Source of the DNA: Alkalibaculum bacchi
Lineage (GTDB): Bacteria; Bacillota; Clostridia; Eubacteriales; Alkalibacteraceae
DNA length: 64,000 bases
Reading direction: 5' to 3'
Assembly: GCF_937875145.1 (NCBI RefSeq)
Contig: NZ_CALNCS010000021.1
Location: 10,476 to 74,475, forward strand
The translations under genes were made by a program, and so were the position numbers. Shown in pieces: positions 1-10,911 of this stretch (its first letter is position 1; every line of letters begins with the position of its first letter). The notes below the pieces were generated by a model that did not search any database, was not told the DNA's origin, and worked only from the letters and a program-made list of their open reading frames with translations.

Positions 1-1
1 T

Positions 2-430
<429 letters not shown>

Positions 431-435
431 AAACT

Positions 436-458
436 TCACGCTTCGGCGTGATTTTTTT
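436..458 (+). terminator. intrinsic terminator after leuB
   Basis: TCACGC-TTCG-GCGTGA hairpin (UUCG loop) followed by a T run. Confidence 0.85.
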
Positions 459-631
459 ATATGATTCGTTAGTTGGATGGGAGAATGAACAATTGTGTAA
501 CTACCGTTCAACTATTGCTAACCATCGAGCAACTACTGTTTATGCGAACATCTATTTTATTTAATTCTTTATTCTAAAAGATATAGTCTTCTCATATTAA
601 TAAATAAACAAGTTATGAGAGGGGTATAGAC

Positions 632-1828
632 ATGCAACAGAGAAAATTCATTTTTCTTGAAGCGATAGATTCAGGATATGCAATTCATTCCAAGAGTTTA
701 AAGGGACATGTCCAATTAAATGAAAGCAAAGGTAAAACAATAGCTAAAGTATTTGTTGAGGGAATAAAACCTGAAGAATACGGAATAGATGTCATTGTAG
801 AAGGGCAAAATGTAAAGAACATGGGCAAATTTAGTGGTCAAAATAAAGTAGATTACACTATTTCTCTAGAAGAAAGCTTAGAAAAGATTCAAGCTATTGC
901 AATCTATCCTTTAAGAGATCGTAGAACCCTTGTCCTTATAGCCTATCTGGTTAAGAGAGATTCTATCAATATCAAAGAGATTCTTTATCTTAAAGGAAAT
1001 CATAAAGTATCGAAAAAAAAGGATGTCTTTCAAGCTACTGAAGAGAAAGAAGAAGCTAAGGTGAAGGAGCCAGAAGTAGTTAAAGTTAAAGAGTCTATTG
1101 AAGTAGAAGAACTCAAAGAGCCTTTGGAGGCAAGAGCTACTGATGAGCCTAAAAAGGAAGAAAAAGATGAGGTCATTAATTCTGATTTACATTTTTCTGA
1201 AACTGCGGAAGAAAAGTCTATAATAGATAGAAATATTTTAAAAGAATCAATAGAAAAAAAATATGCAGACAAAATAAATGAATCTACCTTAAAATCTGAA
1301 ATTCAAGGATCACATAAAACAGAAAATAAAGGGGGGATTTTTAACAATACTATTTTTTACCTGTGGGAGAATTTGGATAAGTTAGATACTATTCTTGAAC
1401 TGGCAGATCCATTTAAGCAACCTATACAAAATCATAAATGGTGGTATGTTAGAGAATTTGATACAGATATTCAATATTACTGTATTTTGTATAATGGTTA
1501 TTTAATGCCTATGATTTATCCATTTATGAATTATAAAAATATTCATGCTATTCCAAGAGATTGGATTTTTGGCGTGGTAACAGAAGATTCAGGGGATAAA
1601 AAGCTGCTAAAATACTTTGTCTATGGAATACCAGGAAGATTTTATATGCAAGAGCAACCTTTTAGAGGCAGTACAGGATATTTGTATTGGCAATCTGAAG
1701 ATGTAGTAAAAAGCGAACCCATGGGCTATTGGCTACTCTATGTAGATGTACATACAGGAAAGATTGTCATCCCAAGAAGACCAGTAAAGCCACCACTGAG
1801 CAAGCAAATTATACATAATAATATGTAA
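632..1828 (+). CDS. hypothetical protein with acidic low-complexity linker and conserved-looking C-terminal domain
   Basis: 398-aa ORF with GAGGGG RBS; C-terminal YGIPG...GYWL motif typical of clostridial hypotheticals. Confidence 0.75.
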   Translation: MQQRKFIFLEAIDSGYAIHSKSLKGHVQLNESKGKTIAKVFVEGIKPEEYGIDVIVEGQNVKNMGKFSGQNKVDYTISLEESLEKIQAIAIYPLRDRRTLVLIAYLVKRDSINIKEILYLKGNHKVSKKKDVFQATEEKEEAKVKEPEVVKVKESIEVEELKEPLEARATDEPKKEEKDEVINSDLHFSETAEEKSIIDRNILKESIEKKYADKINESTLKSEIQGSHKTENKGGIFNNTIFYLWENLDKLDTILELADPFKQPIQNHKWWYVREFDTDIQYYCILYNGYLMPMIYPFMNYKNIHAIPRDWIFGVVTEDSGDKKLLKYFVYGIPGRFYMQEQPFRGSTGYLYWQSEDVVKSEPMGYWLLYVDVHTGKIVIPRRPVKPPLSKQIIHNNM

Positions 1829-1840
1829 TAAGTAAACGCT

Positions 1841-1874
1841 AACCCTGTGACAAGAACTGTCACAGGGTTTTTTT
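1841..1874 (+). terminator. intrinsic terminator
   Basis: AACCCTGTGACA/TGTCACAGGGTT 12-bp stem plus T run. Confidence 0.85.
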
Positions 1875-2041
1875 GAAAAAGTTGGTTAGGTAGAAAGATT
1901 AAACTCACCTAAAAATGAGATTATATCTTATATCTAATAATTTTTTATAAAAAAAATTATTAATAAAAATTGGTAGCATATTTAGTCCTCGATTTTATCA
2001 CAATAATACTATCAACTGAAAAGAAGGAGGACATAAATAAT

Positions 2042-2674
2042 ATGAACAAGAAATTTATAACTGTAGTAACAATCGTTTCTTTAGTAGCTTTATTAGGTGT
2101 TGGATGTACTACGAATACAGATGATGCTACAAAAAATAATACTACAAGAAACAATTCTTATGGTGAAGGTATGTATAATGTAGATGATTCTAATATTAAT
2201 GGCAGACAGAGGGATTTTGTAAATCAGTATGACACTAATTCCAATTACGACGGGCTAGGTAATTCTAATGGTATAGATGAGATGGTGCGCAATAACGGAG
2301 CTAGTAATTATAATTACCGCACATATAATAATGGAAATACAAATAACAATGGAACAAACAACAACTATAGAAATTCTGCATTAGGCGATTCAAATTTAAC
2401 AAATCGTATTGAAGAAATCTGTAATAGAAAAGATGAAGTTGACGATTCCACTGTTGTAATCAATGATGATACTTGTTACGTAGGTTTGGATTTAGATAAG
2501 GATCAGTTAAGTGAAAAAACAAAAGAAACCCTTTCCAACGAAATAAAAAGAGAAGATCCAAGCATTACTAAAGTGTACTTTACAAAAGATCGGGATAAAA
2601 TAGAAGAATTTATTGATGATATAGGCAATACTATTAATGTAGATTGGAATAAATTAGAGAACGTATTTAGATAA
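2042..2674 (+). CDS. YhcN/YlaJ-family sporulation lipoprotein
   Basis: AAGGAGG RBS before ATG 2042; lipobox LGVGC; Asn-rich linker; VDDSTVVINDDTCYVGL C-terminal domain. Confidence 0.8.
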   Translation: MNKKFITVVTIVSLVALLGVGCTTNTDDATKNNTTRNNSYGEGMYNVDDSNINGRQRDFVNQYDTNSNYDGLGNSNGIDEMVRNNGASNYNYRTYNNGNTNNNGTNNNYRNSALGDSNLTNRIEEICNRKDEVDDSTVVINDDTCYVGLDLDKDQLSEKTKETLSNEIKREDPSITKVYFTKDRDKIEEFIDDIGNTINVDWNKLENVFR

Positions 2675-2970
2675 TTATTTAAACGCGAAGAATAAAATGC
2701 CTTCGCGTTTTTATTTAACTAGGAAATTTCTATTTTTATATGAAGTTAAATCTTTGGCCTATAAGATTTTATTCTAACACTGGTAACTGGTGCTAATCAC
2801 TGATGGCTAAATTGTGGTCAGTACTTTCTTGTATTATACCTCTCTTATTATAGATGGATAATTATTAAAAAAGTAGTGCAGATTTATGCTAAAATAGATT
2901 AAAAGAGTATTTATAAAGTGTTTTATGGATATAATGTAAAAAAACTGCAAACAATAAATAGAATTTGTTA

Positions 2971-3037
2971 TTGACATGGTTTACATGAATCTGTTATAAT
3001 ATTTTAATTTGACTTATTCAATTTGATGTGTTATAAT
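2971..3037 (+). promoter_or_regulatory. tandem sigma-A promoters of veg
   Basis: TTGACA-18-TATAAT (2971-3000) and TTGACT-17-TATAAT (3009-3037), both with extended TG. Confidence 0.75.
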
Positions 3038-3057
3038 TTTAAAATAGAGGTGATTGA

Positions 3058-3324
3058 ATGAGCAAGAATATGACTATATCTGAAATTAAAGAAGGATTGT
3101 CATCGTATGTAGGTCACAGAGTAATGTTAAAAGCAAGCAAAAGTCGAAAAAGAGTTGTTATAAAAGAGGGAATAATAGAAGGAGCATATCCTAGTATATT
3201 TGTTATCGAAGTTGAGGAAGAAAACAAAAGTCCAAGGAAGATGTCATTTTGTTATTCAGACTTATTAACTCGTAATGTAGAATTAACATTATGTGATAGC
3301 GAACAGAATATAGTATATGGATAA
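3058..3324 (+). CDS. veg: Veg family protein
   Basis: VGHRVMLKA..RKR...GIIEGAYPSIFVI...SFCYSDLLT pattern. Confidence 0.9.
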   Translation: MSKNMTISEIKEGLSSYVGHRVMLKASKSRKRVVIKEGIIEGAYPSIFVIEVEEENKSPRKMSFCYSDLLTRNVELTLCDSEQNIVYG

Positions 3325-3515
3325 AGATACGCAGAAACGGCTAAAGATTCATACGCACCAGCGAATGACCTTATCCATTCTAAAAGAGCTACCATTGGTG
3401 GCTCTTTTTATCTTTAAGTAAGCAACAAAACTCTTGCATTTCTCTTATAGTATATGTATAATTATAAGAAAATATGCAACAATATTCATATTTAGTAGGG
3501 GATTAAGCTTTATGT

Positions 3516-3541
3516 ATGAATATTAATGTATATTATGCATT
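3516..3541 (+). promoter_or_regulatory. putative ARG box(es) (ArgR operator)
   Basis: ATGAATATTA and near-palindrome AATGTATATTATGCATT just upstream of the argF RBS. Confidence 0.45.
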
Positions 3542-3559
3542 GATAGGGAGAGGATCAAT

Positions 3560-4546
3560 ATGGCGATAAATTTAAAAAATAGGGATTTACTAACATTGAG
3601 AGATTATTCTCAAGATGAAATAAATCATTTGTTAGATCTTGCATTAAGCCTTAAAAAGAAAAAGTTATTAGGTATACAAGATAAGAGATTATCGGGAAAA
3701 AATATCGTGCTGATTTTTGAGAAGGCATCTACAAGAACCCGTTGTTCTTTTGAGGTAGCAGCTTATGATGAAGGTGCGAATGTAACGTATCTGAGTAATA
3801 GTCAAATGGGAAAAAAAGAATCTCTTGAAGATACCGCTAGAGTATTGGGTCGCTTTTATGATGGCATTCAATTTAGGGGATTTAAACAAGAAACCGTTGA
3901 ACAATTAAGCCAATACTCAGGAGTACCAGTATGGAATGGCTTGACAGATTTATATCATCCTACTCAAATATTAGCTGATTTTCTAACAATAAAGGAACAG
4001 GTCAATAAACCATTAAAAGACGTAAAAATTGTTTACATAGGTGATGCTCGAAATAATGTGGCAAATTCGCTGATGATTGGTGCAGCAAAGATGGGGATGA
4101 AGTTTGTAGAAGTAGCCCCTAAGGAATTGTATCCAGATGAAGCGCTACTAAAAGATATGAAAGAAGTAGCAACTAAAAGTGGGGGAACCATTGAAATAAC
4201 CGACAATATAGAAGAAGGTATAAAGGATGCAGATGTCCTTTATACGGATGTTTGGATTTCTATGGGTGAAGAGAAAAAAGAAGAAGAGCGAATTAAATTA
4301 CTACTTCCATATCAGATTACAATGGATACTATAAAGAAAACAGGAAATAAAGACGTGATTTTTTTACACTGCCTCCCTTCCTTCCATGACTTAAATACAG
4401 AGTTCGCACAGTATGTCTACGAAAAATACGATATCAAAGAAATGGAAGTAACAGATGAAGTCTTTAGAAGTCACTATTCAAAAGTATTTGACGAAGCAGA
4501 AAATCGCATGCACACAATTAAAGCAGTCATGGTAGCTACTCTTTGA
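3560..4546 (+). CDS. argF: ornithine carbamoyltransferase
   Basis: STRTR, HPTQ, HCLP, AENRMH motifs. Confidence 0.95.
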   Translation: MAINLKNRDLLTLRDYSQDEINHLLDLALSLKKKKLLGIQDKRLSGKNIVLIFEKASTRTRCSFEVAAYDEGANVTYLSNSQMGKKESLEDTARVLGRFYDGIQFRGFKQETVEQLSQYSGVPVWNGLTDLYHPTQILADFLTIKEQVNKPLKDVKIVYIGDARNNVANSLMIGAAKMGMKFVEVAPKELYPDEALLKDMKEVATKSGGTIEITDNIEEGIKDADVLYTDVWISMGEEKKEEERIKLLLPYQITMDTIKKTGNKDVIFLHCLPSFHDLNTEFAQYVYEKYDIKEMEVTDEVFRSHYSKVFDEAENRMHTIKAVMVATL

Positions 4547-4778
4547 TTATCGCAAAGGCAACGATCCAAGCGGCTGTCCGCGTAACCATGGAAAACTTGC
4601 GAAGCGTATTTCTTGTGGTTGCCAAGCAATACATCACTTTATGTGATAAAAATCTAGTGACTAGCAGCTAAAAATGACCAAACAATAAAAAACTTTATTG
4701 TTTGGTCATTTTTTGTCCCCCTCCTTAATAAATATATTAAGAAATAAATTATCGTGAAAATATTAAGGGGGAAATAAT

Positions 4779-6320
4779 ATGCCTTTTGAATTGGTTAGAG
4801 AATACATTACTCTAGATCAAGAAGTAAATGCTTTTAATACACAGACAAGTTTAGAAGAAATTATAAAGATACCGGACTTTAAACCTAATATGAGAAGTAT
4901 TCTCCACATTAATGGAGAAGTAGATCCATCTTCTCAAATCATTGAAGGAAATGTACTGAATATTGAGGGAGACGTAAATTACAAAGTGTATTATGTAGCA
5001 GAAGGTGGTTATTTAGATTGTGCGGAAGTTGTGGCGCCTTTTGAGTATTCAGCAGAACTTAGCGATTTAGAAGGAGACGTAGAGTGTCTCATCAAAGCCA
5101 ATCTTGAGCATGTAGATTATCGAATTACAAATAGCCGTAAAGTAAATATTCGAAGCATCATTCAGGTTGAGGGCAAGATGATTAAAAAGAGCAATTTCCC
5201 TCTTTTAGCAGATGTAAAAGAAATGGCCAATATTCAAAAATTACAAGACAAAATCACCATTACCGTATCTGCACTAAAAGATATGGAGGAATTATCTTTT
5301 AATGAATCCGTTACTATGGATGAAAAAGATGAATTGTCATTAAAGGTTATTGACAGCTCGTTTGTTTTTTCGGAAATGAAGTCAAGTAAATCTCCTAGTG
5401 GAGTACTAATTACTGGAAAAGTAAATATTGATACTTTATATTCAGAAGATACAGAGGAAAGAAAAGAATATAAAAATATTCACCATAGTGTGAATGTTAG
5501 CCAATTTATTGAAAAATATGGAGTAGAAAATATTGATGATTTCTTCTATGCACCCCAAATTAAAAGTCAGAACATTGACTTTGCATTAGATCCAGAAACA
5601 GAATTACTGTCTTTAAATTATGACTTTGTAGTCAGCACAGATATTACTTTCTATGAAAATGTAGAAATTGAAAACATACAAGACTTATATAGCCCAGAAG
5701 TTAAAAGCAATATTGAAAAAGAGGTTATAAAGACTTATTGCTTAACAGAAGATTTTCAAGGTGATATAACAATCAGCGACGAAATCACTTTTGAAACAGA
5801 AATGCCTGTAGAAAAAATATTATTATCTGATGCCCAAGTATTAGTTAGCTCTAGCGAAATAGCAGATAATCAGTTGAAAATTGATGGGGTACTTAAAACA
5901 TGCTTTCTTCTATCTGAAATAGAAATGATTGAAAAAGTAGAACAGGAAGTTCCATTCTCTTACAGTATAGACATTAAGAGCGATGAGCAGGAATTATTTG
6001 ATTTTGATATTGCTGTAGATCAACTAGAATCTACTTTAAGAGGTAATTCTATTGGAGTAGAATCAAATATCGTAGTAAAAGGAAACTTCTTTAAGAAAAT
6101 CAAATTAAACTTAGTAAAATCAGTAAATGAAGTAGAAGAAGAGGAAGCAGAAGAAATAGGCGAATTTTATACCATTAAAGCTCACTACAAGCAACCACAA
6201 GAAAGCCTATGGGAAATTGCTAAAGTCAACAGCACTACAGTAAATAAATTATTGACGGATAATAAATTAGACGAGGAAGAGCAAGTTGCAGATTATGAGC
6301 CGTTGCTGATATTAAAGTAG
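4779..6320 (+). CDS. SPOCS/DUF3794 repeat spore-coat morphogenetic protein with C-terminal LysM (SipL/SpoVID-like)
   Basis: repeated beta-rich ..IEGDVNYKVYY.. units; C-terminal ESLWEIAK...STTVNKLLTDNKL LysM. Confidence 0.8.
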   Translation: MPFELVREYITLDQEVNAFNTQTSLEEIIKIPDFKPNMRSILHINGEVDPSSQIIEGNVLNIEGDVNYKVYYVAEGGYLDCAEVVAPFEYSAELSDLEGDVECLIKANLEHVDYRITNSRKVNIRSIIQVEGKMIKKSNFPLLADVKEMANIQKLQDKITITVSALKDMEELSFNESVTMDEKDELSLKVIDSSFVFSEMKSSKSPSGVLITGKVNIDTLYSEDTEERKEYKNIHHSVNVSQFIEKYGVENIDDFFYAPQIKSQNIDFALDPETELLSLNYDFVVSTDITFYENVEIENIQDLYSPEVKSNIEKEVIKTYCLTEDFQGDITISDEITFETEMPVEKILLSDAQVLVSSSEIADNQLKIDGVLKTCFLLSEIEMIEKVEQEVPFSYSIDIKSDEQELFDFDIAVDQLESTLRGNSIGVESNIVVKGNFFKKIKLNLVKSVNEVEEEEAEEIGEFYTIKAHYKQPQESLWEIAKVNSTTVNKLLTDNKLDEEEQVADYEPLLILK

Positions 6321-6470
6321 AAAGTAGACAGCGTTCGCCCGTAATAAGCCACTATTTGTGGCTTGTTTTTATATTACAACAGCAGTAGCTAACAATTGCT
6401 CAGCTACTGCTCAACGCGTGAAAGAGTTGCCTTGATCTTAAAGCAATACCCAGATGGTGGGTATTAGAAA

Positions 6471-7274
6471 CTAGCGACTAGCAAAATATGAATTCACCTC
6501 GCCACCTAAAATGATAATCGTACTCGAAAAATACAGCCAAACGAGTAGTGCAAAAAATCCGCCTAGACTTCCATATAGAGTAGAATAACTATTATTGTAG
6601 TTGTTTACGTAATAAGCAAATAATGTAGAGGCTATTGTCCAGCTGACAGTAGTAAATATGGCGCCTCCAATGACATCTTTAAATTTTAACTTATAGCTTT
6701 TGCAGCTGGGTGCGTATTTATAAATAAAAGAAAAAGTTACCACTGAAAAGAGTATGGTGATGATATATCTTATATAAACCCAAATAACATTAAAATTACT
6801 ATGAATTCCTAAAAAATCAAACACCATCTCACCGATTACCCTTCCAAATACCAAAGAAAAAAGCATAAGCACCAAGGTAAGTACAAATAAAAGAGTAAAA
6901 ATCAGGGACAAGGTATATAAGTGAAAAAATTTCCGACACTCATCCTCACAATAGGCTTTGTTTAATGCCACGATTAAAGCGCGAACACCTTTTGATGCAA
7001 AGTACAGAGCAAGTAATAGAGACATAATATTAATAGGCTCAGCAGATAATACCTCTGAGAGAATAGAGGTAACAGTAGTATAAGACGGACTAGGCAGCAC
7101 CGATTTTAAATAGGTGTAGAGATCTTGCGTAGGCAAGTTAAAACTCCCTAAGATAGTAAAGATAAATATCAAAAGAGGGATAAAAGACAATAGCAAAAAG
7201 TAAGATGTTTGAGCTGATAAATAAGCAAAGTCATTTTCTTTATAATTTGTGTACATATATTTAAAAAGTTTCAT
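6471..7274 (-). CDS. YihY/BrkB family membrane protein
   Basis: multi-TM; SAQTSYFLLLSFIP and YSTLYGSLGGFFALLVWLY motifs. Confidence 0.9.
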   Translation of the reverse strand: MKLFKYMYTNYKENDFAYLSAQTSYFLLLSFIPLLIFIFTILGSFNLPTQDLYTYLKSVLPSPSYTTVTSILSEVLSAEPINIMSLLLALYFASKGVRALIVALNKAYCEDECRKFFHLYTLSLIFTLLFVLTLVLMLFSLVFGRVIGEMVFDFLGIHSNFNVIWVYIRYIITILFSVVTFSFIYKYAPSCKSYKLKFKDVIGGAIFTTVSWTIASTLFAYYVNNYNNSYSTLYGSLGGFFALLVWLYFSSTIIILGGEVNSYFASR

Positions 7275-7457
7275 AACAATTCTCCTTACCCTATATTTTT
7301 AAGCTTTATTTAAGAATTATACCTTAAAATACTACATATCAACACTAAGGTTATCCCCCTATAATAATCTTTATGTGCAATGGAAAAGGTCGGCGAAGGC
7401 TGGCCTTTTCTTGCTTTTTGGGGAAAGTGGACGGTTGATATTAAATAATTAAGTTTT

Positions 7458-7600
7458 AATGAACAATGAAGAATGAGTAGTGAACATTGAACAGTACAAA
7501 TATGCGAGTTTTATTAGTCTTTTAAATTGTTCATTATTCACTGTTCAATATTCATTGTTCACTGCGACATAAGTCGCATATTTGACCACCTGACCACCTT
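7458..7600. repeat. composite intergenic repeat (inverted heptamer arrays, hairpin, TGACCACC octamers)
   Basis: 5x AATGAAC-like at 7458-7492, 5x TTGTTCA-like at 7527-7561, GCGAC-ATAA-GTCGC hairpin; inverted copy near 16195-16278. Confidence 0.75.
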
Positions 7601-7678
7601 AAAAAAACAATATTAGTAACAGCATAAATTTTTTTCCTAAACTGGCAAATACTAAACCATATGCTTTAGAAAGAGGGT

Positions 7679-9520
7679 TTGGATTTGAAGAAAATAACGG
7701 GATTGTTGCTTTTTGTTTTGCTGTTTTGCACTGCTTGCGCATCAGGGAATACAAAATCTCAAGGTGATAAAGAAAAAGAATACACCTTTTTAATTTATAT
7801 GAATGGCTCTGACCTAGAGAGCGAATATAGTGCAGGGACTGAAGACTTGTATGAAATGATGAAAGTAGGTTCAAATGACAATATAAACATCGTTATTGAA
7901 ACAGGGGGCACAAATAAGTGGAATAACTACTATATAGACCCTAGCCAAAATCAAAGATGGCTAGTACAAAAGAGCAATATGACACATTTGGCAGACTTAG
8001 GTCAAAAGAATATGGGCGATGGGGATACCCTAAGAGACTTTATCACTTGGGGAGTAGAAAATTATCCTGCACAAAAACATGTCTTGATCTTATGGAATCA
8101 TGGTGGTGGAGCAATATCGGGATTTGGATACGATGAAAAGTATAATTATGATACACTTCTTTTAGCAGAATTAAGACGAGGTCTAGATGAAGCGTATAAG
8201 ACTACAAATAAAAAACTAGAGATTATCGGATTCGATGCTTGCTTGATGGCTTCTTTAGAAACGGCTAATATGGCAGCGCCTTATTCTAATTATCTTGTGG
8301 CTTCAACGGAATTAGAGCCGGCTATGGGTTGGGAATATAGCTCCTTTTTAAAAGAAGCCGCTAAAGGCAATATAGATAAAATTGAACTTGGTAAAGCCAT
8401 TGCAGATGGATTTAATAAAGATGCTCAAGCCAGATCTCAAGGGGACTTTGTCACTTTATCCATCATCGACTTAAGAAAAACAGACGAATTAACCAAGTCC
8501 TTTGAAAAATTTATAGGCAAAGCCAGCGAAACCATAACCGATTTAGGGACCTTCAATCAGATTTCCAATAGTGTAAGCAGATCTGAATCCTATGGTGGAC
8601 AATCTCCTGAAGAGGGATATAGCAATATGATTGATTTAGGAGACTTAGCAAAAAACTTAGATTCTCAGTATGCAGAGGATAAGGAACGTATTATTGAAGA
8701 CGTAAGAGATGCGGTGGTTTATCAAGTAAAGGGAAAATCTAAGCAGGATAGTAGCGGGATATCGGTCTATTTTCCTTATTACAATAAAGAAAACCTCGTA
8801 TATGAGCTACCAATATATCAAACCATAGGCTTTTCAGAAGAGTATAATCAATTCTTAAGCAGATATACAGAAGTAGCGTCAAATGACCAAACAGGAGTAG
8901 AGCTAGCAAGTGAAAGTATCCAAAATAGAGGTGGAAATTATCGTCTAGCAGTAAAAGAAGAAGATGCAAGGAATGTCAGCAATTCCGTGCTAGTATTAGG
9001 AGAAGAAATAGACGAAGAACAAATTTTATTATATGGTGGTAATCCTAAGACAATATACGACGAAAAAATAGGACAATTAGAGGTAGACTTTAATAATAAA
9101 TGGATGAGCTTAAATGGTCATTTAGTATATACTTGTCCGACAAATATTCAAGAGGATTATATTATCTATTCTCTTCCTGTGATCCTCAACGAAGAATATG
9201 CAAATATAAGAGTAGCTAAGTATGAAGACGAAGAGGAATACAAAATCATAGGAGCGTGGCACGGAGTTATACCAGAAAGCATGGCAGTAAGAAAAGAGAC
9301 GATTCCTATAAATCAAGGGGATGTGATTAAGCCTTTATTTAAAATCTACAATACAAACACAAAAGAAACAGAAGATGTCCAAGGAAAACCCTTTATAATA
9401 AAAGAAAAACCACAAATTCAATTGATGGATTTACCGAACAAAGATTTTGTTATAGGTTTTTGTATCGATGATTATGCATTAAATCAACGATATTCAGAAT
9501 TTGTGCCAATTGTTGAATAA
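7679..9520 (+). CDS. clostripain-related (C11) cysteine peptidase, lipoprotein
   Basis: lipobox FCTAC; YMNGSDLES, WNHGGG (His) and GFDACLM (Cys) motifs. Confidence 0.88.
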   Translation: MDLKKITGLLLFVLLFCTACASGNTKSQGDKEKEYTFLIYMNGSDLESEYSAGTEDLYEMMKVGSNDNINIVIETGGTNKWNNYYIDPSQNQRWLVQKSNMTHLADLGQKNMGDGDTLRDFITWGVENYPAQKHVLILWNHGGGAISGFGYDEKYNYDTLLLAELRRGLDEAYKTTNKKLEIIGFDACLMASLETANMAAPYSNYLVASTELEPAMGWEYSSFLKEAAKGNIDKIELGKAIADGFNKDAQARSQGDFVTLSIIDLRKTDELTKSFEKFIGKASETITDLGTFNQISNSVSRSESYGGQSPEEGYSNMIDLGDLAKNLDSQYAEDKERIIEDVRDAVVYQVKGKSKQDSSGISVYFPYYNKENLVYELPIYQTIGFSEEYNQFLSRYTEVASNDQTGVELASESIQNRGGNYRLAVKEEDARNVSNSVLVLGEEIDEEQILLYGGNPKTIYDEKIGQLEVDFNNKWMSLNGHLVYTCPTNIQEDYIIYSLPVILNEEYANIRVAKYEDEEEYKIIGAWHGVIPESMAVRKETIPINQGDVIKPLFKIYNTNTKETEDVQGKPFIIKEKPQIQLMDLPNKDFVIGFCIDDYALNQRYSEFVPIVE

Positions 9521-9696
9521 GGTGGTCAGGTGGTAAGCATTAAGGTGGTAAGGTGGTAAGCATTAAGGTGGTAAGCAAAAGCACCTGTGCCACCATTAGT
9601 CGTTTAAGGGTGGAGCGACAAGGGCGTAGTTCCCTACACTATTTCATTTTAAGACGAGTCAAGGTTTTTCTTACCACCTTACCACCCTACCACCTG
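9518..9696. repeat. AGGTGGTA octamer-based tandem/inverted repeat
   Basis: 23-bp unit TAAGGTGGT(C/A)AGGTGGTAAGCAT x2.6 at 9518-9577; inverted TACCACC x3 at 9670-9696. Confidence 0.8.
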
Positions 9697-9818
9697 GTAC
9701 CTCTTTTACATAAAACTCAGAACTTACAACTAAAGTGTAAAGCTTCTGTAAAATGGTATTTTATCTCAAAATCTTATGATATAATCAACTAAAATCTACT
9801 ACTAGGAGGAACAATTTT

Positions 9819-10688
9819 ATGAAGAAAAAATTCATTGCTATATTTTTATTTGCTATGTTATCTTTAAACTCTGCTACGGTATTTGCTGACGCGGCTGCAG
9901 GAGATGTCATCGTCACATTAGGCGATAACTTGACAATAACTGAAAAAGAAGCCATATTAGCAGAATTCAACCCACCGGAAAATGCACAGATGATCGTTAC
10001 TACCAATGCAGAAGAACACAAGTATTTAGGAGATGTAGTTCCAGCAGGAAAGATTGGAAAGAACGCTATTTCTTCTGCTATGATTACTTATACGGAAAAG
10101 GGCAGTGGTATCAAAGTGACTACTAGTGATAAAATTACTTATATTACAGAACAGACCTATATCAATGCTTTGGTGACAGCTGGAGTAGAAGACGCCGATA
10201 TCCAAATTACAGCACCTAAAAATGCATCAGGTACAGCAGCTTTGACGGGGATTATGAAGGCTTATGAAGTATCTACAGGTGAAGTCATCGACGAGGATGT
10301 AAAAAAGGTAGCCAATGAAGAGATGATTCGTACAGCCGAATTAGGTGAAGAAATAGGTGACGAAAAAGCTACAGAAATTATCAATGAAATCAAAAGAGAA
10401 ATCGCCGAAAAGAATCCTAAGACAAAAGAAGAAGTGCGAGACATCGTTATCAATATTGTCAATAATTTTAATATTAGCTTAAGTGACGCACAAATCGAAA
10501 AACTAGTCGCTTTATTTGATAAAATGAAGGGCTTAGATATCGACTGGAACCAAGTATCCAATCAAATTGAAAATATTGCAGGCAAAGCCTCTGATTATTT
10601 GTCCTCAGAAGAAGGTCAGGGATTCTTGCAAGGTGTAAAATCTTTCTTTAATGGATTAATAGATTGGATTGCATCCCTATTTAAATAA
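9819..10688 (+). CDS. DUF1002 family secreted protein
   Basis: signal peptide; VTLGDNLT, TNAEEHKYL, SGTAALTGIMKAYE motifs. Confidence 0.88.
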   Translation: MKKKFIAIFLFAMLSLNSATVFADAAAGDVIVTLGDNLTITEKEAILAEFNPPENAQMIVTTNAEEHKYLGDVVPAGKIGKNAISSAMITYTEKGSGIKVTTSDKITYITEQTYINALVTAGVEDADIQITAPKNASGTAALTGIMKAYEVSTGEVIDEDVKKVANEEMIRTAELGEEIGDEKATEIINEIKREIAEKNPKTKEEVRDIVINIVNNFNISLSDAQIEKLVALFDKMKGLDIDWNQVSNQIENIAGKASDYLSSEEGQGFLQGVKSFFNGLIDWIASLFK

Positions 10689-10773
10689 GCCAATAGCCAT
10701 AAGTGATGATGTCAATACACATCATCACTTATATTCTTGTATAGAAAAAAGTATTGTTCTACTAAGATTTTTA

Positions 10774-10802
10774 TTGACAATTTCCATACGCTCATGTAGA
10801 AT
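10774..10802 (+). promoter_or_regulatory. sigma-A promoter of pyr operon
   Basis: TTGACA-17-TAGAAT. Confidence 0.7.
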
Positions 10803-10820
10803 ATGTGTAATAAAAAATTA

Positions 10821-10911
10821 CTTTTAACTTGGTACGAGATACTGGGAAGGTATATATAATAGGATTCTTAGACTTATTATGCCTCTTTGTATCTACAAGA
10901 GAGGCTTTTTT
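10821..10911 (+). promoter_or_regulatory. PyrR-type attenuator leader
   Basis: CTTTTAA..GGTACGAGATACTGGGAAGG resembles the PyrR binding loop; GCCTCT..AGAGGC-T6 terminator at 10881-10911. Confidence 0.6.

Noticed and set aside
9518..9577. CRISPR-like appearance of short direct repeats
   Set aside because: Units are directly adjacent with no unique spacers, and no cas genes are present.
9553..9792. 79-aa ORF
   Set aside because: Translation of intergenic repeats.
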